NCBI GenBank assembly: GCA_964016885.1
Contig: OZ024745.1
Span: 43,152,001-43,216,000, forward strand
Direction of reading: 5' to 3'
Source of the DNA: Eledone cirrhosa
Taxonomy: Eukaryota
DNA length: 64,000 nt
Below the pieces are notes generated by a model. It saw nothing but the letters and a program-made list of their open reading frames with translations. It made no database searches and was not told the origin of the DNA. The position numbers and the translations under genes were made by a program. Shown one piece after another: positions 53,201 to 64,000 of this stretch (position 1 is the first letter of the stretch; the number at the start of each line of letters is the position of its first letter).

Positions 53201-54014
53201 TTAAGGCTATAGGTAGAAACAAACAAAACAAAAAACTTGTAAACAAAAATGCACATATTCATCATCATCAATCATTTTATGCCTGCTTTTCCCTGCTTGC
53301 ATTATATACAAGATTTATAAACAAAGATTGTATTTTCTATGCAGACCTGAAATTATTTCAATATCCATCACAGCAGAAATTTGCCAGCATTAGAGCAGTG
53401 CTCACACATCAAGAGCAGTTATCTTACCTGTTTGATAAAAAACAGTTTCTTTACATATTACATACCATCTGTGCTTTCCTCTTAGTAATAGTACTATGGG
53501 TGCAGCTGTAGCAGTGTGCCTCCTAAATTTACTATAGCCTTGGGTTTTATTCCACTGAGTACACCTTGGACAAATGTCTTCTCCCAAAGCCTCAGATTGA
53601 TCAAAGTCTTATCAGTAAAATTTGGTAGACAGAAACTGTGTGGAAGCCTATTGGTGGGACTGTTCTTGTTCTTTGTTGACATAGTCTGTAACTGGTTTTA
53701 CACTATCACTGGACCACAGCTACTTTTAATAGAGCCCACTATAAAGTCTACTTTGATGCAAGTATTTGGCCAAGACTTTGGTCTGAGAATAATAGCTTCA
53801 TTATTTCCTCTCACCTGTCTTGAAGGGTAAAAAAAAAGGGTCATAGGTGCTGCCTTCCTTTTGTGATTAAGCCACAGAAAAAAAAAACTTTCCTAGCAGA
53901 GTTCTACCACCAGAGAGAACAATGTTTCGTGGGAACTGCATTGGGATGCTGGTGCTTTATCTTGTAACCTGTTTGTATGTGACTTGTTTATCTATCTGGA
54001 AAGCACTGGGTTCT

Positions 54015-54320
54015 GAGATACTCAGCCAAAAGCTTCTGACTTCCAGTTGGGAGGCTCAGTGAAAGTTACAGATTTCAAGCTGGGAGGGAGGAAGCTCAGT
54101 TAAAATTACTGAGAGGCGCAGCCATAGCTGTTGAGTGGCCTTCAAAGCTATGACTTTCAGCTGAGAGGCTCAGTCAAAACTATTAGCTAAAGCTATGAAG
54201 TACTTCAGCTAAAGCTACTGAGAGGCTCAACTAAAGGTACTGAGTGGCCCAGCTAAAGCTACTGAAAGGGTCAAATCAGATGTTGAGTGGCTCAGTCAAA
54301 GCTACTGACTTCCAGCTGGG
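54015..54320. repeat. Degenerate tandem repeat (GCTACTGAGAGGCTCAGTCAAA-like units)
   Basis: About 8-10 diverged recurrences seen by eye. Confidence 0.6.
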
Positions 54321-54962
54321 ATTGTTCCAATGTGTAGTAGTAATTTCTGAACCTTGGTTTTCTTTTCCAACATTACAAAAAAAAAAAAAAAAAAAAAGAA
54401 TGGAAAACAATCTGCTGGATAGTTTTCTTTTCTATATCAACATTTAACCTATCATTACCTTGTACTGACATGCAAACTACATGATGTATTCCAATCTGAC
54501 ACAAATATTTCATTTACTATCTCCAATCCATCTCTGCTGATCCAGCTACTCTATATTCCAAATTCTTCCTAAAGTTGATGGCTGTGCTTCCATATCATTT
54601 ATTTTCACTGACTTATCTCTTACATCTAAATGTTAATAACATAGACTTCTAGTTACACTGGACTACCCTTTACTCTATTGTCTTTACATTTTCCAGATTC
54701 CTGTCACAATCAATAGTTGTTTGATCATTTTACATCTATAAACTACTAAAACTCTGTGATTGTATGCTTGTCTGTAATACAGCCAAAACGGCGCATAATG
54801 AGAAAATACTTTGAAAGGAAGTTGGCCCTGAAATGGGAATACAAATGGAATAAAACAAGTTCCGTGTAAATTGAAGCATGGGCTCCTGAGATACAAGGTT
54901 TTTCTGGGTACCTTCAAAAATAGAGAGAAAGAGATAGTGGTTGTTAGAGAGTAGATTGAAAG

Positions 54963-55089
54963 ATATATATATATACATGTGTGTGTGTGTGTGTATATAT
55001 ATATATGTGTATATGTGTATATATATGTATGTATGTGTATATATATATGTATGTGTGTGTGTATATGTGTATATGTATGTATGTGTATA

Positions 55090-55124
<35 letters not shown>

Positions 55125-55310
55125 GTGTATATATATGTATGTATGTGTATATATATATATGTATGTGTATATGTATGTGTGTGTGTATATGTATGTATGT
55201 GTATGTATATATATGTGTGTGTGTATATATATGTATATGTATATGTATATGTATGTATATATATATTATGTGTGTGTGTGTATGTATATATATATATGTG
55301 TGTATGTATA

Positions 55311-55367
<57 letters not shown>

Positions 55368-55370
55368 TTG
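54963..55370. repeat. (TA/TG)n compound microsatellite
   Basis: Seen directly. Confidence 0.95.
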
Positions 55371-55914
55371 TGAATGGGTCTGTTGACACCTGGAATTTAG
55401 CTTAAGAGAAATTTGAAGATAATGATATGATAGCACCCAATATTTTGAACTGGTCTATAGAATTCTTTTGGCCTTTGTCACTCTAAGTAGAACATTAAAG
55501 AATTTCCCTTTTCTTTAAATCCTTCAACCATGACCGACCCCAACCATCTTATAGACACCTGAAATATAGGCATTGTTAGCTTAAGAGAAACTAAAAAATA
55601 AGGAGTGGCACCCCAATCTGAACTTGTTTATAGAATTTTTTCTGCCTTTGTCACTCTAAATATAAATTATAGCTTTAAAGAATGAGCTTTTAATGAATTC
55701 CCTTTTCTATCAACCAATGACCTCTACCCACCTCACTCCCCACCCTCTCCTACCACCTGGTTATACCACCGATCTTTGAATCTCGTCGCTGTGGATCCTA
55801 TGTAGTGGTGCTCCGAGTTAGGGGTTGTGACCTTGCACCTGTAGACTATGTTTTTCGTCATGCATCTCTAACAACACTTGCAGTTTCTATCCCATTGAAC
55901 CATTTCATCATTGC

Positions 55915-56143
55915 TTAACCCTTTAACATTTAAACCAGCCATAACTGGCCAGAATTCTCTCATCTCTTTCTCTTCAAACTGGCTGTATCTGGCTGCTCAT
56001 ACTGATGTTAAGGTATTGTACTCAAAATAAATAACATCAAAATCTCATAGATTCGATATTATGAGAGATAAGTATGTAAGGTAAAGCTTTTACCATGAAA
56101 ATATAATAGTAAATATAGAGTAATGTAAATGCTAAAGAGTTAA
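55915..56143. mobile_element. TTAA-flanked (piggyBac-like) MITE
   Basis: TTAA-CCCTTTAACATTT...AAATGCTAAAGAG-TTAA. Reverse complement of 34620-34835. Confidence 0.72.
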
Positions 56144-56603
56144 TCAAGGCAATGTATTCATGACTACCCCCCACTCTCTCATAATCAAAGCCCACAGCTC
56201 CAAATTCCCCCAAGTGTTTACTCACAGTTGCACTGCTGCCTTGCTGGCAAATTACATTTCCTGCAACACAGTGAATGCACTATCCACCCATAACTTGGAG
56301 ATGTTCTCTCTTTACAATAGTTGTTTCTACTTTTTAGCACAAGGCCAGCAATTACCCAGTGCATTATTGGTGCTTTATTTTATCGACCCCATAAGGATGA
56401 AAGACAAAGTTAACCTGTGTAGGAGTGTATGTGGTTGGAAGTGATAATGAGCAGTTTATGTACTGAAGGACAAATATAGAGGAATTAAACAGAAGCCATC
56501 ATATACTATTTGTAAAAATTTATTCATAAATTCTTTTTTTTCAAGTAATTTTCAATATAATTGAAGTTATTGTATTAATCCATGCAAAAAAATTCAGGCT
56601 TTC

Positions 56604-56641
56604 TTAATATTTATGACTTTCAGTGGATCCATGACCATAAC
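56604..56641 (-). CDS. CRIP1: Cysteine-rich protein 1 (single LIM domain), last exon
   Basis: Strong acceptor CTTTTCTTTTCACAG|. Encodes (G)YGHGSTESHKY*, matching human GFGRGGAESHTFK. AATAAA on the minus strand at 56524-56519. Confidence 0.85.
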
Positions 56642-58481
56642 CTGTGAAAAGAAAAGAAAAGAGAGCATTTTATTTTTTTTATAATTAACAGATATAAACG
56701 TTCATGAGGAGTTCAAATGTCTATAATAAGACTTAGAATTTATTACCCGTTGTTGCGTTTATTGAATCAGATTGTTTATTAATATGAGATCATGACAAAC
56801 AACAACATTATTTACTTATCAAATTTCAATTAAATTATATAATATTTGCAATAAAACAAGAAAAGAAAAAAAATTAAACAATGAAAGTAAAAGGAAGGGG
56901 GAGAAAGTGGCAGCCTCTACACCCTAGTCGAAGCAGTATATCTCAGTGATACCTATGGACAAGATGGTGAAAGCATTGTTAGGGGGAACAGCCAGTGATA
57001 CCCACTGCATCAGCCACACCACCTCAAGTGGGATGCACTCTTAATTTTGCAGAGAAAAATGGCAGTTGAGGAACTGGAAACCCAGGAGGTCTGGATCGTG
57101 AATGACATAATAAAGCAGTAGTTGGTCATATCCAGTATTGGGATATTTTGAGTATTAGATTATTTTAAGTATTGTTAGAATTACAAGTTTCAGTATAACC
57201 GAAACCCATGTTCTTTGACTAATAAACAATTTTTCTAATGTGGATTTTTAACTCAGAAATTCTTTCACAGAAAAACTTATTTGATTTTTATATACGCGGT
57301 GCCCCAGCATGGCCTCAGCCGGATGGCTGAAACAGGTAAAAGAGTAAAAGAGTAAAAGAATTTATAAATTCTGTATATAAATAGTTTTCCAAATTCCAAA
57401 TATTTTATCTACATAACATTACCAGTTGTTTCCCACAGCTGACCTTGAAGAAATAAAAAGCAAAGTAGACCTCAGTGGGATTTAATTTCAGAGCACAGCT
57501 AAAACAAGTACTACAAAGTATTGTATTTGATGTTCTAATGACATTGCCCCTCATTTTCATATTATTTCTAATTGTAATTGAAGCTGCATATTGAGATCAT
57601 TTTAGTGTAATGGTTAATCAGTCATTCAGTATATGCTGGTGCAATGTTTGGTCCTTGTAGGCGCTGCCATGGACAAAATGAAGAATATGAAAAGTGTGTC
57701 ATCACAAAATGAAGTTGATTATCCTTAAAATAAAAAGACCCAAGAAACTAATAATGGCATATTTATTAAGATAAATATTTTCACACACTCTGTGTTAATC
57801 AGTGTAGAAAAAAAACTGGAATGTTCTTATATACACACAGTTGTTACCACAGGACAAACCATGTGGACACACACATCATTGTTATCGTTTAACATCCATC
57901 TTCCACACTAGCATGGGTAGGACGGGCTGTCCCTTTATGAGGGATCAGGTCGGGGGACCATGATTCGCACACACAGAACTGATTTGGCTTGGTTTCTACA
58001 GCTGGATGCCCTTCCTAAAAACCAACCACACATATATAGTAATTTTGATCAATACACAAAATATTGATCGTATTGCCTGTTAAATGCACGAGACAACAGG
58101 ACTGCTTAAAAATAGCTCATTGTTAGGCCCTTAAGCCAGCTCAACTAATTTAAAATACTTAGATAATGAGTCCGGTGTCTAACAGTTGTATAGCCTTTAT
58201 AGCTGTAAACGGCTTGAAACAGCTGTATATCCTTTAGGAACGTTCATTGCTTATTTTCCTATGTCTTTATACTAATATGGTCTTGGATACATTTTGTCTA
58301 GGCAATATCAATTGATGTACTATTGTGTGTGTATAATATATATATTTGGGTTTGTACCAGGAAGAGGCACCACTGATGCCCTCTTCCTTGTGAGGCAGTT
58401 ACAGGAAAAGTACCATGCTAGCATGGAAGAACGGACGTAAAACGGTGATGATGATGATATATGTGTGCGTGTGTGTATACA

Positions 58482-59289
58482 TCTATATATATAAAACTGT
58501 GGTTGTCTGTCTATCGATTTTTGGCACACATCTCCTCTTAGAATCTCTCACGGAATTGCACCGAAATTGCTATACTTGTACATTGAGCCCTAGCGAAGAC
58601 ATCGGAAAAAAAAATTTCAAATTGACCCACCCTATGTGACGAAATCGAATATAATGTATCGATTTTTGAGCGTAAGTGATCAGTTATTTCCCTTTGTTCT
58701 GTTTACATTGAGCGTCTTACGTAAAAAATTACGCTGGCTTTCTCAGCGTTTAAAATGACACAATACACGAACAGACAGTTGTCGAGCCAGCAAAATATTG
58801 ACCTGCAAAATTCATCAGTTCGAACACTATGCTTCCGTTTTGCTTCATTTCCATTTAAAAGCATTTTAAAACAATATTTTTACTTGAAAACAAGTCTATT
58901 TAAAGACTACGTAAAACAAGCAAATATTTCAGGCGTGCAGACAGACAGTCGTGCAGAGAGGTGATATAGGCGTGCAGACAGACATAACTGATAATTTGGT
59001 TAGGCTAATGTTTTTCTCTGCGTTGCAGTGTTTACATTTTCGATCTTTGTTAATAAATAACCAGTGCAGTTTTTATCCCCAGCATCCTCTTTTGTTATAA
59101 CATTCGGGTTATCGTTATGTTTTCTTAACTTCATAAGGCATATTGTTGGTTGAGGGAATATTAATTAAAAACACCACATGCAAGTCTGCACAGTAGACAC
59201 TACAGTTTTTAAGCAAAAAAAGAAACTTAACATTGTAACTTTAACACAGCTACTGAGCGACCCCGAACAACGCCGGGCTTTACTGCTAG
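58482..59289 (+). mobile_element. Non-autonomous Helitron (808 bp)
   Basis: A|TCTATATATATAAAAC 5' end, CCCGAACAACGCCGGG subterminal hairpin and CTAG|T 3' end. Confidence 0.85.
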
Positions 59290-60268
59290 TAGTAGATAAT
59301 TGTGAGAGTTTGATATAGTCGGTCCTGATTTTAATCGTTGTGTAGTTTTTTATTTCAGTGAGATTATTTTACGTTAGGCTATTGGTATTTCATTATAAAA
59401 GTTGGAGTGAACATAATTATTTCTACTTTTGGCACAAGGCCAGCAATTATCCCAGTGCATTACTGGTACTTTATTTTATCGACCCCGTAAGAATGAAAGG
59501 CAAAGTTAACCTAGGCGGCATTTGAACTCAGGCTATAAAGGGCCGTAACTCTTTGCTGCAAAGCATGTATAGTTTCATTTTTTACCGTTGATGGTACATG
59601 GTAAGTTTGTTAATTGGAGATGCCTTGCGAGGTTTATCGATTACGATCTACGTGAGTAGTCTCCCTTATCGAAGAATAAACACCGCGATTGAGTCAACTC
59701 TCTTACAACTTAGTAGTTCGACTAAGAGCTTGCAGCATTTTCGATCAATAAGGACCAGAGACTTGCGGTTATATACACATTAATGAAAGGCTTTTCAAAG
59801 ATCACATGATTACATGTGTGTGAAACATTAATTAATGTACTTGCAAATCATCAACTGTTTACTAAACTTTACACGATGTATCAAAATGGTCTTTCTTTTG
59901 TTTGTACATATAAACCTGTATGTGTTGCGTACGTATGGTTTAGATTTCTCAACATTTTCTGATACTTTGTCAATTTTATAATGTAAATATATTTCAAATA
60001 TATTAAAAAATGTTATACATTTTAAACATTTCTTTTTTGTTTTCTATTTTTTCTTTGTTTTCTATTTTTTCTTTGAAAGAGCAATGTTCTGGGAAACAAA
60101 TTAGAACAGAATGTTGAAATTTTTTATTGACTTTCGTTTGGCTTGCTTTTATGATTTTGTATAAGCTTATATATTTTAGACTACCAGATTAGAATATCCA
60201 TCTTTCTATCCATCTATTTATGTAACAGCCCGTCCACTCACCAGTCTATCTAATAAGGAATATCTTAC

Positions 60269-60326
60269 CTCCAGGTCCAAATAGAGCTGCATAGCATGGA
60301 TTAGTGCAGTAAGGTTTGCCATCGTG
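60269..60326 (-). CDS. CRIP1: Cysteine-rich protein 1, penultimate exon; earlier exons not found in the window
   Basis: HDGKPYCTNPCYAALFGPG matches human HEGKPYCNHPCYAAMFGPK. Borders TTTTAG| and G|GTAAGA, phase-compatible with the exon at 56641. Confidence 0.9.
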
Positions 60327-61530
60327 CTAAAATGAAAAAAAAAAACGAAACAAAAAATTCATGTTATCTTTGTGCAAGACTTAGTGTTTTTAACAAAGTT
60401 TTAAACGTCATTTACAATCATAATAAATGCGAGGATGATAATATTGAAATACAACATTATTATTTATTATATCTAGAGTCGGTGTAGCATAAACCAACAG
60501 TATTTAGGTCTTTAAGTTCTGATTTCGAATGTCACCGAGGTCAACGCTGATTTTCATCATTCCGGGGTCGATAAAATAAAGTATTAGTCAAGTATTGGGG
60601 TTCATAAAATCGAATTTTCTATTTCTGTCAAATTACTAAGCTTTGTGCCTAAATTAGAAACCCATAAAATCAATAATAAAATAATGTTGTTGTTATTGTC
60701 CATATTTATGCTATGTTCAGAAAATATTTCTCGTGGTAGCTAAACGTTTGGCAAAGGAATATAGAGGAAGAATCGACCCCCGTGTACTGGTACTTTTATT
60801 TATTGACCTCGAAAGGCTGAAAGGCTATAGAGAATTGCCATAGTGCGAAGATCGAGTTAGTATTTAATTCCAGCAAGCTTGATAGTATTAGTAATAATAT
60901 ATTTGAGTCGAACCAACCAATTTTAGTGTAGTTCCTCCACGAAAAATCTTTACTCATTATAAGTATCATACAAAGAAAAGGCGAACATATTATATTTTAA
61001 ATATTATTACATTGCAGAAATGTGTATATCTACAGTAATGATTTATAAACATTATGAAAATCTCATTTAAATAATTAAATATATACCCTAGCTGTACGTC
61101 AAATGGTAATAACAGTGCAACTTCCTATTGCAATTCGAAAAGTTTATCTATTAAATTTTATTCGTTAATCATCGTTGGATCTAAATGTCTTTTGGTAAAT
61201 AAAAAAATCTAGAAGGAATTGCTTCAATTGGTTTGATTATAACTAAATCACGAATATTTTTCGTTTTTAAAGAAAGTTTCATTTTCATTTTTTTCTTTCT
61301 AAAAACGGGTTGTTTTCCTCCTTTCAGCAGTACATTCCGTCAATTGTTTTTCAAAGTCATTGTTGTTTGATGACTTGCAATCTTCGTAAATGCTAGTAGC
61401 AACAAGCACTAAACTATTCTTTCAAATTTTTCTCTTGGAAAATTAGTATTTTGAAGTAATTCTCCTTCTGGTGCAACTGATGAAGACCGACTAAATCGAA
61501 GGAGATTTAAAAAAAATCGAAATCGAACTT

Positions 61531-62967
61531 TCAACCTTCAATTAACGAGTTATCGGACCAGTCAGGCCCCACAATTGTTGTTGTATTTGAAGAGTATGAA
61601 GCGGAAATATGAACTTCTTGGAGTTCATTATGTGGAGAACTTTGTTTAATTGAAGGTCCATCATTTGGTTCTTCCGAAAGTAAAAGTCTCGGAATCTTTA
61701 AATATTGTACTTCATCTCGAAAATCCAGACTATTTTGCCCAAAAATCTCATCAGTAAAATAATTATCGTCTGTATCGATCTCAAGAGCTTGTTCACAAGG
61801 TTTAGGGTCACTGGATGGTTCGGTAAATAGTTTCATCGGTAGCATTTCAGTTTCATGAGCAGGTGGCCAAATAATCTGCCTTCTATGGGAATTATCACCG
61901 GCATAATGTTTTCCTTCTCTCAGATTTTGTTTACTTTCAAGCTGTTGAATAACTGATTCATGAAATTCGCTTGGGGTTATGTTTGATGAATGTTGTTTTG
62001 TGGAGTTAATATTATAGTTTGTGGAACTGGTAGAGCATTCTGTATAATTGCCATTTTCAAACATTGCTTCCAAAACACTTAATGACACGTTTGAAATGGA
62101 TTCCAATTTAAATTCTAGTTCATCTCCTCGACGGAAAAGGGCTGAAATTTCATCAGCAAAAATATTGGCATTTATCGAAAGATTATTTTTTAAATGAGGA
62201 TAAAGGAGATATTTCATTGATTGATCGTTTGAAGATAAATCAACTTTTTTAGGCTCTAATTTTTGAGCCCATTTGTAATTTATTTTTCCGTTTCTTAAAT
62301 TGCTTTGGACTTTCTTTTTTATTTTATTTTGTAAAACTGAATCTGCTGAAATCTTTTTCCTATCTTCTATACTGTTTGCTATTTTCTTTTGATTTTGACA
62401 TGAGGAAGCAGAGAAATCCCGAGAAATATTTAGTTCATAAAACATTTTAATCCAGCATGTAAACAGCATTAACATCCTGATATTGTTTGCAATAAGTTGT
62501 TCAACCGGAATCACTTTATCTACTTTTAATATATAAAATGCATCCTGGAGAAGTTTGTAATTCAATAAATAACCCGTCGAAGAAGGACCCGCCTTGATTT
62601 TCTTCACTGAGATAACTCCTGGGTGGACCATATTTAGAAGTCGACAATAAGCAACACCGTTTGATAGTTTGGTAACATCAGTATAATTTGTGCTTAGTGT
62701 ACTATTTACCCAAATCATGAGGCTTTTCCGACCACATCCTCGAACACTTTTCGGGGTTTTCAGACGGTCCATTCTTGTGTTTAACGAAACTAAAATATTT
62801 AATTTACTTTCTTTCTTTCTTTGTCGCTGTCTTACTTTACTCTTTCCTTTTGGTTTCATAGATAAATTGTTTATGACGTAAATATTTTCTCGTTGTAAGT
62901 TAATTTTCACCTTTTCGTCTATATTGTAGCACAAATAAAGATATAAAATCAATGCAAACTTTAACAT
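61531..62967 (-). CDS. Intronless divergent EB1/RP (MAPRE-family) calponin-homology protein; alternative start ATG at 62859
   Basis: 478 open codons in very AT-rich DNA. LMIWVNSTL..LSNGVAYCRLLNMVHPGVISVKKIK..NYKLLQDAF..VDKVIPVEQLI..WIKMFYELN aligns by eye with the EB1 CH domain ([63 protein letters not shown]). Confidence 0.8.
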   Translation of the reverse strand: MLKFALILYLYLCYNIDEKVKINLQRENIYVINNLSMKPKGKSKVRQRQRKKESKLNILVSLNTRMDRLKTPKSVRGCGRKSLMIWVNSTLSTNYTDVTKLSNGVAYCRLLNMVHPGVISVKKIKAGPSSTGYLLNYKLLQDAFYILKVDKVIPVEQLIANNIRMLMLFTCWIKMFYELNISRDFSASSCQNQKKIANSIEDRKKISADSVLQNKIKKKVQSNLRNGKINYKWAQKLEPKKVDLSSNDQSMKYLLYPHLKNNLSINANIFADEISALFRRGDELEFKLESISNVSLSVLEAMFENGNYTECSTSSTNYNINSTKQHSSNITPSEFHESVIQQLESKQNLREGKHYAGDNSHRRQIIWPPAHETEMLPMKLFTEPSSDPKPCEQALEIDTDDNYFTDEIFGQNSLDFRDEVQYLKIPRLLLSEEPNDGPSIKQSSPHNELQEVHISASYSSNTTTIVGPDWSDNSLIEG

Positions 62968-63579
62968 ATTCTACGAGTAGAAATTTCAACATGGTAAACA
63001 GTAGATTGTATATGTATTGTACTTTATGTACAGTGTACATGTATTGTAATTTATGCCTGTATTGTTTGATAATTCTCTGACAAAGATGTCGGACACAATT
63101 GAACATTTTATTTTTAAGAGACCTTATAAAATAGGCATGCACCGGAGTAGTTTCCCATTTTATCCAGGGTCTATTGAAGAATTTAAATTCAGGATTATAA
63201 ACTATTAAAACATTCGCTAATGTTTATAAGTTTACTAGGTAGATATACGTATAATCTTTCAATACTAGATAAATTTGACTGTTGAAATTTAAGCATCTTA
63301 GCCACAGCTAAGCAATGGCGTTCATAGAATACGATCCACTGACTTCTACGGTACTTCTACCTTAGAAGTACGAGTGTATTCTTTTAAAAAAAAAAATTTT
63401 TTTTTTTTTTATTCGCCATAATAACATTTATAATTCTTTAATAAGACATTGTTAATGAAAAACAGAGAAGAAAGGTAAATAAATAATGTAACTTCGTCGG
63501 AACCTTAAAAATATTAGATGTTGTTCGAAGCAGACGATAGTATATACAAACACACACACATCGACCACAACTAAATATG

Positions 63580-64000
63580 GAATGATACGCGGTCAGAATG
63601 GAGAAGGCGTTTCCCCGGAGGACAGCAAGGGAGACGCGCTGGAAAAACCACTCCAACTCGTGGGGCTCACACTTGCGGCTGGCCAGCTCAGCGCCTATGG
63701 TGGTGAGTAGGGAGGTAGCCCTAGGGCCAAGGACACCAGAAGTCTCCACTGCCAGGGGTACAACCGCAAACCTGTCGGAGAGCGACCGGTATTTGAGGAG
63801 TTTAGCCTCCTCAGCCCGACGTGCAGCAGAACCCGGGTTAATCGCAGACTGCACCAGGTTGTGGCTGCAGAAAGTATCGGTGCAAGTGGCATCCCAGACG
63901 AGGGGTTTACCATCGCGGAACGGGAAGATGGTCATGCCATCTGGCCTTTTGCCGTCCCCTCGGTCCAGCCCCACCGGCTCGAGCTGGGAAGGGAAGCCTG
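63580..64000 (-). mobile_element. 3' end of an RLE-type non-LTR retrotransposon (CRE-like); continues past the window end
   Basis: DGKRPDG..LVWDAT..AEEAKLLKY..VPLAVETSGVLG..FQRVSLAVLRGNA is a restriction-like endonuclease domain. GC content rises abruptly here. Confidence 0.85.

Noticed and set aside
61487-61505. CTGATGA motif
   Set aside because: Followed by GAAG rather than GAAA, with no stems.
61290-61530. Coding-looking continuation after the EB1-like stop
   Set aside because: The frames examined are short and interrupted by stops, with no recognisable homology.
1-64000. CRISPR arrays, operons, prokaryotic defence systems, true tRNA or rRNA genes
   Set aside because: The sequence is eukaryotic with spliceosomal introns. 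No regularly spaced repeats were seen, and the A/B boxes belong to SINE heads that do not form full cloverleaves.

Overview
AT-rich, repeat-dense animal genomic DNA. The SINE/RTE/Penelope repeat types and the (TA)n arrays look like an octopod cephalopod, which is an inference. Three spliced genes can be rebuilt by hand with consistent intron phases: the 3' five coding exons of DAXX (+, 10211-20407), a complete 8-coding-exon Cyclin K gene (-, 32525-43892, about 666 aa, first coding intron U12-type), and the last two exons of CRIP1 (-, 56604-60326). An intronless, divergent EB1/MAPRE-like ORF (-, 61531-62967) appears to lie inside a CRIP1 intron. The rest is mobile DNA: RTE LINEs and their partner SINEs, a second tRNA-derived SINE family, a Penelope GIY-YIG fragment inside a ~435-bp inverted repeat, Penelope-type minimal hammerhead motifs, two Helitrons with intact ends, hAT, piggyBac-like and mariner remnants, and the 3' end of an RLE-type (CRE-like) non-LTR element. 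I see no evidence of a wholly new multi-gene system. The best leads are the nested EB1-like gene, the hammerhead motifs in microsatellite islands and the long intronic hairpin in DAXX.
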